Shown: positions 31,519-42,021 of the stretch, one piece after another | Layout of the letters: each line of letters starts with the position of its first letter | How positions within the stretch are numbered: position 1 is the first letter of the stretch | Origin: Candidatus Methanosuratincola mesotaenarum | Lineage (GTDB): Archaea; Thermoproteota; Methanomethylicia; Methanomethylicales; Methanomethylicaceae | DNA length: 64,000 nucleotides | Direction: 5' to 3' | Assembly (NCBI GenBank): GCA_038801705.1 | Contig: JAULTC010000001.1 | Location: 169,916-233,915 of the forward strand | The notes under the pieces: model-generated | Seen by the model: the letters and a program-made list of their open reading frames with translations, nothing else | Databases searched by the model: none | Told to the model about the DNA's origin: nothing | Program-made: the position numbers and the translations under genes

Positions 31519-31727
31519 TAACAGTCACCATTCATCTCTTTTTGGGGGCAGAAGAGTTCTTCTGCTTGCAGTATGTCGAAATTTCGCATAACTGGAGATA
31601 CATTTCTTTTGGCATAAGCAAATTACGTCCATTGCACAATATATAAGCATTTTCTATAATTATAATTATTTATAATTATAGATTATGTGCAGGATGACAA
31701 ACAGGGACTCCATAAAAACAAGGAAGC

Positions 31728-32150
31728 TCACTTTGTTACGCTGCCAGCCGGCTCAGGTTCTATCCCCATCAGGGCGAAGTTTATCTGCATTACATTCCGG
31801 TTCGCCTTCATCCCATCTATCAGCTCCTTGAGCCGGCTCGAGTACCCTTTCACAACCATGACTTCGAGGCAGGTGTCCTCATTCATATGGGAGTGCAGGA
31901 AGGCGGATATGATGTCCCCGAACTCATGCTGGAGCCGAAGCTGATTCTCGCTCTTATTATTCTTTTTGTAGAGGACGGTGACAGTAGCGATCACTTCACC
32001 ATCTATGCTTCCCAAGGACCGGTATTCTGCAATGTATCTTCTGACTGCATGTCTTATGACTTCTGACCTGCTCGCGTACCACTCTTTACCAAGGACCTTG
32101 TCTAGCTCCGAGAGCAGCTCGTCAGGTAGGGATATACTGATGACGACCAT
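31728..32150 (-). CDS. nikR: NikR-family ribbon-helix-helix metal-responsive regulator
   Basis: N-terminal RHH (ISLPDELLSELD...YASRSEVIRHAVRRY) plus a C-terminal ACT-like metal domain with H-x13-HxH...C (LHSHMNEDTCLEV). Confidence 0.8.
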   Translation of the reverse strand: MVVISISLPDELLSELDKVLGKEWYASRSEVIRHAVRRYIAEYRSLGSIDGEVIATVTVLYKKNNKSENQLRLQHEFGDIISAFLHSHMNEDTCLEVMVVKGYSSRLKELIDGMKANRNVMQINFALMGIEPEPAGSVTK

Positions 32151-32353
32151 CCATCATGCCAGCCCTAATTCCATTTCTTCTGTGGCTGACGCCCAGCAGC
32201 TCTGGCATATCCTGGAAACGCTTCCACCTTCGCAGGCATGGCCAGCTTCGGCCCTGTGACAGTAGCCCTACATCTTTCTCTCGGCGTCTGTATATAATTC
32301 CTTGGTATTGACAAGGGCGTACCTATCGAGGAGAAAGCACATTGCTTCAAGGC

Positions 32354-33175
32354 TCATCCCAGCTTTGCATATGCGGCGACTATTAGGTATATCCCCACCA
32401 TTGTGAAGACTATCACACCACTTGTTGCAACATTGTAGAAGGCTGAGACCAATATCCCGACGACCGTGCTCACGATGCCTATCAGTATCGTCATGATCAC
32501 GCTGCGTTTGAATGAGAGCCGGAGCTGGAGGGTAGCGAGCGCCGGGATAGCTATCAAGGCGATGACCAGGATTATGCCGATTATCTTGATCGAGAGTATT
32601 ATCGTAACCGCCACTATGAGGTTGAAGACTGCAGATAGTGGGCGGACAGGGAGGCCCATCATCCTCGAAGACTCCTCATCGAAGGTGATTGCGAGCAGTT
32701 CTTTATAGAAGGCAGAAAGGAAGATGAGGACAGCGAGGCTTAGCACCGAGATTAAGGTGAGGTCTGACCGGCTTATCGAGAGAATTGAGCCGAAGAGGTA
32801 GCTGAAAATGTCAACACTGAAGCCTCCTGCTAGGCTGATCACGATGAGGCCTGTCGAGAAGCCAAGGGCAAGCATGACTGCTGTGGCGGAGTCGGATTGT
32901 GCAAGCCCCCTCTTTCTCATATAGCTAATCCCCATAACCGCCAGAATGGAGACCACGAGCGCGGAGAGGATTGGGTCGACTCCAAAGAAGAGCCCCAGCG
33001 CTATCCCACCAAATGCCGTGTGGGAAACCCCGTCGACTACCATTGCTTCCTTCCGCAGGACGAGGAATAGCCCGATCCAGGCACAGGCGAATGCGGCCAA
33101 GACGCCGCCCACGATGGCAAACTGGAAGAACTGGTACGAGAAGAGGTCCATAAGTGATACGGACGGATCAATCAC
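32354..33175 (-). CDS. znuB: metal ABC transporter permease (ABC-3/ZnuB family)
   Basis: 273 aa with eight TM helices and an ABC-3 pattern. Overlaps znuC. Confidence 0.8.
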   Translation of the reverse strand: MIDPSVSLMDLFSYQFFQFAIVGGVLAAFACAWIGLFLVLRKEAMVVDGVSHTAFGGIALGLFFGVDPILSALVVSILAVMGISYMRKRGLAQSDSATAVMLALGFSTGLIVISLAGGFSVDIFSYLFGSILSISRSDLTLISVLSLAVLIFLSAFYKELLAITFDEESSRMMGLPVRPLSAVFNLIVAVTIILSIKIIGIILVIALIAIPALATLQLRLSFKRSVIMTILIGIVSTVVGILVSAFYNVATSGVIVFTMVGIYLIVAAYAKLG

Positions 33176-33947
33176 GGCTGAACTCCCCCCTGCACTCGTG
33201 CCTGTGGAAGACGAAGTGGAAATGCTCCCCGTATGCCTTTCGGAGTATCTCGTTTGGGTCGATGCCGGGCTTTATGTCTGCGATGTTGACATCACGGTTC
33301 ACGCAGATCAGTTTGGACATCCTGCAGAAGACTGCCGTCAGGTCGTGCGAGACCATCAGGATCGTGATTCCCTTCTTCTGGTTGAGGTCGCTCATCTTCT
33401 GGTAGAACTTTTCCTGGGTCTCAGCGTCGATGCCTGCTACGGGTTCGTCCAGTATGATCACCTCTGGGTTCCTCGTAAGGGCCATTGCCACGAACATCCT
33501 CTGCTTCTGCCCCCCGGAGAGTTCGCCGATCCTTTTTCCGGACAAGTCTGAGATCCCCATGAACTCGAGGGCGGCGTCGACCTCATTCCAGTCTTGGCGC
33601 CCAAGCCTCCGCCCCAGCGTTCTCCTACTGAGCCTCCCGAGCGAGACAAGTTCCCTAACCGAAAGAGGGAAGCTGGAGTCAAAGTTTATCGCATCTTGGG
33701 GGACAAAGGCGATCTTCTCCCACTCAGAGAAGTTCCTGAGATCCTTCCCAAAGATCCGCACGACCCCGCCCTGCCTTGGGATCATGCCGAGCATCGCGAG
33801 CAGGAGCGTCGTCTTGCCCCCTCCGTTCGGGCCAACTATCCCAACGTAGTCGCCCCGCATAACCTGGAATGTTGCGTTCTCTATTACTAGCGAGCCCGAC
33901 CTCTCGACCATCAGGCCCTCGACCTCGATCACTGGCTCCTGCCCCAA
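33168..33947 (-). CDS. znuC: metal ABC transporter ATP-binding protein (ZnuC-like)
   Basis: GPNGGGKTTLL, LSGGQKQR, ILDEP. Confidence 0.85.
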   Translation of the reverse strand: MGQEPVIEVEGLMVERSGSLVIENATFQVMRGDYVGIVGPNGGGKTTLLLAMLGMIPRQGGVVRIFGKDLRNFSEWEKIAFVPQDAINFDSSFPLSVRELVSLGRLSRRTLGRRLGRQDWNEVDAALEFMGISDLSGKRIGELSGGQKQRMFVAMALTRNPEVIILDEPVAGIDAETQEKFYQKMSDLNQKKGITILMVSHDLTAVFCRMSKLICVNRDVNIADIKPGIDPNEILRKAYGEHFHFVFHRHECRGEFSRD

Positions 33948-34018
33948 ATGGATTTAGCCCCCGCTCCAGTATCTGTCTCGCGCAAGCATTAATAAATAGA
34001 AAACGCCCCAGCACCCAC

Positions 34019-34981
34019 TCAACCGACAAGTCCTGCCTTCAGGCTTTCAAGGTTCGATTCCATCTGCTCCAAGTAGTCTTTCCCGTCGACAGGTCCCAGC
34101 CCCAAGTATAGCTCCAAGATCATGACTTCCCTGCCAGTCTGCCGCTCTAGCTCATCATTAAGTCTCACGATATAGGCATCCGAATACGCGGGATCCACAT
34201 ACAGGACCGTGATGTTCTTGTCCACCATCATGTCGACCAAGGACCTGATCTGCTCGATGCTTGGCTGCTGTTCCGCGGACATGCCGACCACGCCGTGCTG
34301 CTCGAAGCCATACCTCTCCGAAAGGTACCCGAATGCCTCATGCGAAACGATTACATCACTCCTGGTTTTGTTTGCGAGCTCCTGCTGGTACCTAAGGTCT
34401 ATGGCGTCCAGCCGAATCTTCAGGGTCTCCCACCTGGCTGTGTAGTAGTCTGCGTGTCCCGGATCATAAGCTACAAGCGCGTCAAAGATCTGCTCTGCCT
34501 GAAGCCCTGCCATATATGGAGAGATCCATGTATGCGGATCGTACTCGCCATCGTGGTGGTGCTCTTCCTCGCCGTGATCTGATGCAGGAAGGAGAGGCAA
34601 TCCATCCGTCGTATTGACCACGACCTTCCCACTGAGGTTCAGCGAGGAGAAGAGGTCGCTTTCAATCCACGACTCAAGCCCAGCCCCGTTCAGGACTATC
34701 ACGTCAGCGCTGCTCAGGGAGACCATGTCCGAGACCGAAGGCTGCCATGAATGCGGCTCGACGCCGAATGGGATCAATGTCTTCACCGAGACGAAGTCGC
34801 CACCAATATTCTCTGCCATATACCCGAGCGGGTAGAACGTCGCAACGACGCTGACCTTCTCGGCATCCGCCCCAGAAGGGGGCTCATCTAACGCATAGGC
34901 TACAGCAGCGATCCCCAAGGCGACGGCAAGTACAGCTGATAGAAAGAGTGCCTGCCGCCGGTTCATGATTTCACCAACCAA
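34019..34981 (-). CDS. znuA: metal-binding periplasmic-type substrate-binding protein (TroA/ZnuA family) with His-rich loop
   Basis: Signal/anchor N-terminus; EEHHHDGEYDPHTW His-rich loop typical of ZnuA. First gene of the znuACB unit. Confidence 0.8.
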   Translation of the reverse strand: MVGEIMNRRQALFLSAVLAVALGIAAVAYALDEPPSGADAEKVSVVATFYPLGYMAENIGGDFVSVKTLIPFGVEPHSWQPSVSDMVSLSSADVIVLNGAGLESWIESDLFSSLNLSGKVVVNTTDGLPLLPASDHGEEEHHHDGEYDPHTWISPYMAGLQAEQIFDALVAYDPGHADYYTARWETLKIRLDAIDLRYQQELANKTRSDVIVSHEAFGYLSERYGFEQHGVVGMSAEQQPSIEQIRSLVDMMVDKNITVLYVDPAYSDAYIVRLNDELERQTGREVMILELYLGLGPVDGKDYLEQMESNLESLKAGLVG

Positions 34982-35106
34982 CCATCATTTACCCGCCTTG
35001 CTTATTAAATTTTTGCCGCATTTATAATAATAAATAATACAATACCAATAATTATTAATAACCAAGGAGGACGAGGGATAAATAGCCAGGAGGCGCCCAT
35101 TAGACT

Positions 35107-35925
35107 ATGCTTTCAGAGACTTTGAGGATGAAGAAAGGCTTCATATTAGACCTTGACGGCTGCGTCTATCTCGGCAACCAGCCCATAGAAGGAGTTGGTG
35201 ATACGATAAATGTGCTCAGGGGCGAAGGGAAGAAGATCCTCTTTCTTACCAACAACTCGACCAAGACCCCGAGGGATTACGCGGAGAAACTCAGGAGGAT
35301 GGGGGTTGACGTGGTGGAGGAAGAGGTTCTCACCTCATCCCTGGCGACTGCAGTATACCTCAGGCGCCTCGGCTATGGGGACTGTTTCGTGGTGGGGGAG
35401 GAGGGGCTGGTCCGAGCCCTGGAGGAGAATGGTTTCAGGGTGATCGGCGTAAGGGAGGCAAAGAATGCCCGTTACGTGGTATGCGGGCTAGACACAAGTC
35501 TGACATATGAAAAAATGGCTGCTGCCTGCTATGCCATACAGAACGGTGCCAAGTTTATTGCCACGAATACTGATCCAAGGCTGCCTGTCGAGGACGGGTA
35601 CGTCCCTGGCGCGGGTTCGATAATCGAGGCGATCGCGACTGCGACGGGGTCTAGGCCGACTGTGATCGGCAAGCCCTCGAAGAGGATAATGAACATAGCG
35701 CTCAGCCGAATGGGCCTAAAGAAGTCAGAGGTGGTGATGGTGGGTGATACCCTCAAGATCGACATGGCGGCTGCAAAGGGGATGGGCATGACAGGGGTGT
35801 TAGTCCTATCGGGATCCACTAAAACAGAAGACATAGAAAAGAGCAGGATAAAGCCTGACGCGGTGATCCCGAGCGTGGCTGAGATCGGCAAGATGTTTGG
35901 AAGAAACAGAAGGAGCTTGGCTTGA
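35107..35925 (+). CDS. HAD-IIA family sugar-phosphate phosphatase (NagD-like)
   Basis: LDLDGCVY (DxDG), TNNS, GDTLKIDM motifs. Divergent from znuA. Confidence 0.8.
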   Translation: MLSETLRMKKGFILDLDGCVYLGNQPIEGVGDTINVLRGEGKKILFLTNNSTKTPRDYAEKLRRMGVDVVEEEVLTSSLATAVYLRRLGYGDCFVVGEEGLVRALEENGFRVIGVREAKNARYVVCGLDTSLTYEKMAAACYAIQNGAKFIATNTDPRLPVEDGYVPGAGSIIEAIATATGSRPTVIGKPSKRIMNIALSRMGLKKSEVVMVGDTLKIDMAAAKGMGMTGVLVLSGSTKTEDIEKSRIKPDAVIPSVAEIGKMFGRNRRSLA

Positions 35926-36668
35926 ACATAGGCAGGGCGCCATGCAACTGCAATCACCTCGATCAAAAACCACATAGAACCAACAAAATCAACCCCTGCT
36001 GTTGAGGATGGAGCGGCTCATTGTTTTTGTTGCCGTTTTACCCATTTTCCACGGGAAGCTAGAGCTGCATTTTAGTCATGTGGAGATCGAGGCTGCCCAG
36101 CATTGATGGTGGATAGGCAGTTTTAGGACAGGATAGGATAGGATCAATATTGACCCGTATCACAAGCACCATTAGGAGAATTTCAAGCTTTTGGATCCGC
36201 AAGTGTGCTCTAACGCAGGTTATCCTCGACTGCCATGGTTATGGTGCCGCCCAGGACTTTATTCGGTGGCTTCAGGTTGATTCGGCCTTCTGGCATATCC
36301 TTCCAAGAAAGGTTATAACACACTTTGGGGTCATTTTCGATATGGATAAGTATCGGTGTTACCGTCTTGGTTGACCTCTTGAAGGATCCTTTTATAATCC
36401 CCATCTTTCTTTTCTTTATTTTTTTGTTCTAAATAACCGGTTTCCTTGGCGGATAAAGGATCCGCAAGAAGTAGGCAATGCGCTCTCAATTCTAGAGGCA
36501 GCCTTCTTTGTTGGAAGTGAAGGTTGTTAGGAAAGCGTGCTGAGCATGGGCCGATTATAAAGGCATAGGCGTTGCACCACAAGGCGCGCATAGCAACCAG
36601 AATGATTAAACAAAAAGAAAGATAAGATGTGTCCCAGCTGAAGGGCAGCATCTTTGAAATGAAAGGAG

Positions 36669-37628
36669 TTACTTTGTTAAGAACCTCCAGGATAGGACTA
36701 TCCCTATCGCGGAGAAGGCTGCAGCAAACGCTGCCAAGTATGCAAAGTCGAATGCCAAGCTGGCCATGCCACCAGCCCCGAGGAGGAGCTGTCTCCCTAT
36801 GTCCGTTGCATAACTTATTGGGTTCACCTTGACGAACGCCTGGAGCCACTCCGGCATGAAGCCGGCAGGGAAGAGCGCATTGCTCCCGAAGAGCAGCGGC
36901 AGGTTGAGCAAGTTCACAATGGCCATCTGGGTGTTCTGGTTCGTTGACCTCAGCGCCAGCATGAGGAATATCGATGAGAACCCAAAAGAGAGCAGCGCGA
37001 GCGAGGTAAAAGTACCGAGCACGCCCAGCGGCGTGATGCCTGTGGTGCTCATCCCAAACAAGACTGCGAGTACGAGTATAATCGCAGCCTGCACGATTGA
37101 ACGGATGACGCTGGAGAGTATCTTGGACATCACTATCGAGCCACGCGCCACCGGAGTGCTCATCACCTTGTTGAGCGTCCCTAGCCTCCTGTCCCAGACG
37201 ATAGACATCCCGCTGAACATTGCAGTGAATATCACAATGAAGGAGAGCATGCCTACGGCGAGGAACGAGAAATAGTCGCTGGTGCCGAAGACATTCAGCA
37301 TTAGCATATTCCCGAGCTGGTTGATCACCTCCTTCGGTATGTCCAGACCGGGTATGCTGAATGCGCCGTCTGTAAAAATTGCATTGAAGTTCATCGCCTT
37401 GCCGAAGAGCCCCAGCCAGAGCACTGGCTGTATCAGTGAGAGGAGCAGTATCACAGGGTTCTTGTACCACTTCTTCAGCTCCCGGTTAGTCAGAGCCCAG
37501 AGCCCATGCCATGGGCTTGAGTCGATGATGGCAGAGCGCGAATGCGGCGATGGTTCCGCGGAGGGCGTGGAGCTTGCTGTGCCGTAAGCCTTTTTCATAT
37601 CCTCAGGGAGTCCGGACACGTCGCTCAA
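36669..37628 (-). CDS. ABC-2 family exporter permease
   Basis: 319 aa with six TM helices. Overlaps the upstream ATPase gene. Confidence 0.75.
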   Translation of the reverse strand: MSDVSGLPEDMKKAYGTASSTPSAEPSPHSRSAIIDSSPWHGLWALTNRELKKWYKNPVILLLSLIQPVLWLGLFGKAMNFNAIFTDGAFSIPGLDIPKEVINQLGNMLMLNVFGTSDYFSFLAVGMLSFIVIFTAMFSGMSIVWDRRLGTLNKVMSTPVARGSIVMSKILSSVIRSIVQAAIILVLAVLFGMSTTGITPLGVLGTFTSLALLSFGFSSIFLMLALRSTNQNTQMAIVNLLNLPLLFGSNALFPAGFMPEWLQAFVKVNPISYATDIGRQLLLGAGGMASLAFDFAYLAAFAAAFSAIGIVLSWRFLTK

Positions 37629-38713
37629 CTCCTAGCCCTCCGTAGCGTCGCCCTCTGCCTCCTGAACTGTGTCTGGTCACCATTTTCCTCCCTGATGGAC
37701 TTTCCAGTGAGCTCAAGGTAGACTTGGTCGAGGGTCGGGCGCATGAGCGAGATCTTACTAACATGGTAGCCGTTGGATATCAGGCGGTGGATTATCATTG
37801 GGGCGGTAACCTCGCCCAGCTCCGACTTGATGCGGTATTCTGCTGGGCCGACACGCTTTACTTCCTTCACATGCTCTACTCCCAATATGAGCAGGGTGGG
37901 GTCTTCCTCCTTGTCGTTCTCTTGGATACCGAGCTCGATGATGTCGCCGCCGAGGCTATCCTTCAGCTCCTTCGGGCTCCCTATACGGACTATCTTCCCA
38001 TGGTCGATTATGGCAATCCTATCGCAGAGGGAGTCCGCCTCCTCCAAATAGTGCGTGGTCAGGAAGAGCGTCATCCCATACTCGTCCTTCAGTCGTCTGA
38101 TGTATTGCCACACTGCCGCCCTCGTCTGCACGTCAAGCCCCAGCGTTGGCTCATCGAGGAAGAGCACCTGGGGGTGATTGATCAGCCCACATGCCAGCTC
38201 GAGCCTCCTCCGCATCCCCCCAGAGTAGGTCTCAACCTTCCGGTCCTTCGCGGACTCGAGTTCCACGAGCTGGAGGAGCTCAGCTGCCCTCTCCCTCGAG
38301 ATCCTCCGAGGTATACCGTAGAGGTCGGCGCAGAACATGATGTTCTCGTAGCCGGTGAGATCCTCGTCCGCGGTGTACTCTTGCGGAACGACGCCTATCC
38401 TCTTCCTCACCTCATTCGGCTCCTTGAGTATGTCGAAGCCACAGATGGTCGCAGATCCAGAGGTGGGCCTTAGTAGCGTTGTGAGCATACTTATCGTGGT
38501 GGTCTTGCCCGCGCCGTTCGGTCCGAGGAATCCGAAGATCTCGCCCTCGTAAACTTCGAAGGATATGCCATCGACCGCCCTCGTAGTACCGTTGAACGAC
38601 TTCGAGAGCTCCCTAACCTGTATTATGTGGTTCATGCTCAGATTTCCAGCATCAATACCAACAGCAACATTGGTTTCATATTTCAGACTGACTGACTCGG
38701 TCATAATGATCAC
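37625..38713 (-). CDS. ABC transporter ATP-binding protein (DrrA-like) with C-terminal extension domain
   Basis: GPNGAGKTTTISML, SGGMRRRLELA, LFLDEPT. True start may be the internal MNHIIQVREL. Confidence 0.85.
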   Translation of the reverse strand: MIIMTESVSLKYETNVAVGIDAGNLSMNHIIQVRELSKSFNGTTRAVDGISFEVYEGEIFGFLGPNGAGKTTTISMLTTLLRPTSGSATICGFDILKEPNEVRKRIGVVPQEYTADEDLTGYENIMFCADLYGIPRRISRERAAELLQLVELESAKDRKVETYSGGMRRRLELACGLINHPQVLFLDEPTLGLDVQTRAAVWQYIRRLKDEYGMTLFLTTHYLEEADSLCDRIAIIDHGKIVRIGSPKELKDSLGGDIIELGIQENDKEEDPTLLILGVEHVKEVKRVGPAEYRIKSELGEVTAPMIIHRLISNGYHVSKISLMRPTLDQVYLELTGKSIREENGDQTQFRRQRATLRRARS

Positions 38714-38719
38714 CTTGAC

Positions 38720-39298
38720 TTATTCACTACTCTCTAGAGCCTCCGTCTCCTGTTTTGCCCAGTGGGTCTCCCTGTCGAGAACCAGGCAGTATTCCCTCAT
38801 CAGATAGAGGATCTCCTTATTTGGCTTCCTTCCAGACCGCATGAAGTACGCAGCCCGAATCATCTCGAAGTGCCCCTTTGTGGTGCGCACGAGGAAGTCA
38901 AGAGCCTGCTCAGCGCCCATCATCTCCAGCACTATGCGACGGAGTGATTCCATGCGCTGTCCAGAAGCATAGATCTTCATCTTGGAGGACTCGAGGAGGG
39001 AGATCCCCTTTGGGGTTATCGAGTAGACCTTTTGGTCAACCTCCCCCTTGACCTGGATGGGCTCTATGTAGCCTGCGGCGATCATTTTCTTCAACAGTGG
39101 GTAGAGCGCACCCGGCCCAGGTCTCCAATCCCCCTTGGTTTTTGCCTCGATTTCGCGGAGCAGCTCGTAGCCGTGCGCAGGCTTCAAGCTGAGCCGGTGG
39201 AGCACATACATGAAGAGGAAGCCTCTAGGAGCGAACTGTTGCTCCCTGAAAGGGCATCCCACCCCTAGTCCCTGGACCCCATTGGATTGCCCTGACAT
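38720..39298 (-). CDS. PadR-family transcriptional regulator
   Basis: LHRLSLKPAHGYELLREIE...GALYPLLKKM matches the PadR wHTH. Heads the ABC exporter unit. Confidence 0.75.
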   Translation of the reverse strand: MSGQSNGVQGLGVGCPFREQQFAPRGFLFMYVLHRLSLKPAHGYELLREIEAKTKGDWRPGPGALYPLLKKMIAAGYIEPIQVKGEVDQKVYSITPKGISLLESSKMKIYASGQRMESLRRIVLEMMGAEQALDFLVRTTKGHFEMIRAAYFMRSGRKPNKEILYLMREYCLVLDRETHWAKQETEALESSE

Positions 39299-39411
39299 AT
39301 CCCCTGTGATAAGGGGCCCCAGTATTTAAGTGTATCCAATAAGATATATCAAAAGATAGATGTGAAAAAAGACCGTAACCGTTTAAAGACTATAAGTGGA
39401 AATTCTCTCCG

Positions 39412-40365
39412 GTGGATCGCTTGGAGAGGGTGTTAGACCCGGTCACGGGAAAGGAGGTCGAGGTGGTAAGGTACTCTGATCTCGGAATAGGGAATGTGAA
39501 GAGGGGGAAAGTCAGGGATGTCTACGACTTGGGTGAGGAGCTACTCATTTACCACACGGACAGGATCTCGGCGTTCGACGTGGTAATGCCAACCCTGATA
39601 CCCCACAAAGGGGAGAGCTTGCTGAAGCTCTCGGTCTACTGGATGGAGAGGAGTGACAGGGTATTCCCGAACCACTTCATTGCGGTGGAGGGCAGCAGGA
39701 CGATCAGGGTAAAGAAAGCAAAGAGGATAGACATTGAGTGGGTGATCAGGAAGTATCTCTACGGGTCACTCTGGAGGGCATACAGGGACGGAAGGAGAGA
39801 GATGTATGGGATGAGGTTCCCAGATGGGCTGAGGATGGCGGACGAGCTCCCGGATCCTGTGATCACTCCGACGACAAAGGCAGAAGTGGGGCACGACGAG
39901 GAGATCTCGAAGGAGGGGGCTATTTCAAGGGGGCTGGTGGACAGGGAGACCTGGGGCGAGCTCGAGGAGGCGACTCTGAAACTTTACGCGTTCTACAAGG
40001 ATGAGGCGAAGAGGAAGGGGATCATCATCCCGGACTTTAAGATAGAGTTTGGTTCTGTCGGGGGGGAGCTGATACAGATAGATGAGCCGCCTACGCACGA
40101 CTCTGCAAGGATGTGGGCAATGAGGTACTACCGCCCCGGGGAGCAACAGGAGAGGCACTGTCTTGACAAGGAGTTTTTGAGGGAATGCCTGAGGAGGATG
40201 GGTTTCTCAGGGGAGGGGCAGCCTCCGGAGCTCCCGCCAGAGGTGGTGAGGGAGGTGTCCAAGAGGTGCATCGGAGCATACTCCGTTATCTCCGGGAGGG
40301 AGAGGGTGGAGGACCTCGGGCTGGCGAGCGTCGACGACCTCTTTGGAGAGTGTAGGAAGAATTAA
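39412..40365 (+). CDS. purC: SAICAR synthetase (long form)
   Basis: GKVRDVY, TDRISAFD, IPDFKIEFG motifs. Confidence 0.85.
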   Translation: MDRLERVLDPVTGKEVEVVRYSDLGIGNVKRGKVRDVYDLGEELLIYHTDRISAFDVVMPTLIPHKGESLLKLSVYWMERSDRVFPNHFIAVEGSRTIRVKKAKRIDIEWVIRKYLYGSLWRAYRDGRREMYGMRFPDGLRMADELPDPVITPTTKAEVGHDEEISKEGAISRGLVDRETWGELEEATLKLYAFYKDEAKRKGIIIPDFKIEFGSVGGELIQIDEPPTHDSARMWAMRYYRPGEQQERHCLDKEFLRECLRRMGFSGEGQPPELPPEVVREVSKRCIGAYSVISGRERVEDLGLASVDDLFGECRKN

Positions 40366-40578
40366 GGGCGGTTCTGCCTTCCATTCGCCATCACCATGTC
40401 TATCCGTCTCTGGGTTTTCCTTATTTCGACCTGCCTCGTGGAATATTGTGATTCATTTATCTTTATTAGGTGGTAGTTCACGAATATAATAAGTGTAACT
40501 GAACATAAAATAATCACCTGTAATAATGCGGTAAAAATTTTTAAGGATCATGCTACCAAATAATCTAGAGGTTAAATT

Positions 40579-41571
40579 ATGACCCCAAGAGACAGAGTGT
40601 TGGCTGCATTAAAAGGCGAAGAAGTGGATCGGATTCCTGCATCTGCTGTAACTCAGGTTGGTACAGTTGTGGCAATGGAAAAAATAGGGGCATACTGGCC
40701 TGCCGCACATAGCGACCCAGAACAGATGGCGGAGTTGGGCGCATCGCTGTACAAGCTGGCTGGCCTCGAGACTGCGAGGATCCCGTTCTGCCTCACCGTC
40801 CAGGCTGAGGCGTTGGGGTGTAAGGTGAACATAGGAACGAACGATAGGCAGCCCTCGGTCGTAGGGCATCCGGCAATGCCACCAGATCAGCTACCAGACA
40901 ATTTCTTGAACAGCGGTAGGATCCCCGTGGTGATAAAGGCAACGGAGATATTGAGGAAAAGCTATCCGGATCTCCCGAAAATGGTCGGGATGGAGGGGCC
41001 GTTCACGCTGGCAGGTCACTTGATAGGTATTGAGAACCTCATGATGATGATGATAAGGCAGCGCGACGCTGTTTTGAGAGTGCTCGGCATCTGTACGAAG
41101 GCAAATATTGAGTATGCGAAAGCCCTCATTGAAGCCGGAGCGGAGGTCGCCGTACCCTGTGACCCGACCGCCTCGCCCGATCTCATGAGCCCCAAAGACT
41201 TTTCGAGCATAGTGAAGCCGAGGCTGAAGGAACTGGCCCAGGCGATAACGAGCAGAGGAGGCGTCGGCGTCCTGCATATCTGCGGCGGAGTCCAGAAGAT
41301 CCTGAAGGAGATGGCTGAGGTGGGCTTTGATGCGCTGAGCATCGAGGAGAAGGTCGATGTGGCAGCAGCCAAGGCAGTTATTGGACCGAGACCAGCGCTC
41401 GTCGGGAATATATCAGCGGCGAAGACACTCTTCTTAGGGAAACCAGAGCAGGTAAGGGAGGAAGCGAAGAGGGCAATCGCTGCAGGAATAAATGTCCTGG
41501 CACCGGGATGCGGCATTGCTCCCCGAACCCCCTTGGAGAACATAAGAGCCCTTGTGGATGCTTCAACTTAG
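40579..41571 (+). CDS. uroporphyrinogen-decarboxylase-fold methyltransferase of the MtaA/CmuA family (or divergent HemE)
   Basis: 330 aa. N-terminus RDRVLAALKGEEVDRIP and overall URO-D pattern resemble methylcobamide:CoM methyltransferases rather than the HemE PIWxMRQAGR motif. No mtaB/mtaC neighbours. Confidence 0.6.
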   Translation: MTPRDRVLAALKGEEVDRIPASAVTQVGTVVAMEKIGAYWPAAHSDPEQMAELGASLYKLAGLETARIPFCLTVQAEALGCKVNIGTNDRQPSVVGHPAMPPDQLPDNFLNSGRIPVVIKATEILRKSYPDLPKMVGMEGPFTLAGHLIGIENLMMMMIRQRDAVLRVLGICTKANIEYAKALIEAGAEVAVPCDPTASPDLMSPKDFSSIVKPRLKELAQAITSRGGVGVLHICGGVQKILKEMAEVGFDALSIEEKVDVAAAKAVIGPRPALVGNISAAKTLFLGKPEQVREEAKRAIAAGINVLAPGCGIAPRTPLENIRALVDAST

Positions 41572-42021
41572 CCCCTCTTTTTTAGTTTTTAGGATTAAAA
41601 TTTGCTAAAATTTGTATGGGTTAAGCAGCTCCAAAATCGAGAATCCAACCTGGGTGTTCAATAGGCACCACATCCGATCAGTTTTAGTGGTTTCGTCCTG
41701 AATTCCGAAAGCTTTCGAACAAGCGGCTACGCAGTTCAGACTGTGCATTCCACCGCAGACCCAGATGGCGCGAGGTTGTTGTTTGTTGTCACCGCCCAAG
41801 TTCGCATCGACAAGGACACAGGCAGGAGGTTGCTTTCAAGGACAATAAAAGAGGCATAGCCTGAAGGGATGAACCGTTCAATAAGCTGGAGAAAATTGGT
41901 TAGCTAGTTAGTGCATTCTTGAGCAGGCATTCTACAGCATGCACACCTTCCATAAGCGCATTTTCATCTTCGAAATGATTCGTTGCCGTAAGCAGCAGGA
42001 CTTGGATTGCATTGAATGGAA

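Noticed and set aside
36150-36404. Small ORFs (74 aa plus strand, 64 aa minus strand) in the low-GC 700-bp spacer 35930-36670 as real genes or transposase fragments
   Set aside because: No recognisable family or motif. Overlapping opposite-strand frames. The region looks like decayed noncoding sequence, and only the repeated GGATCCGCAAG 11-mer (36190, 36453) was notable.
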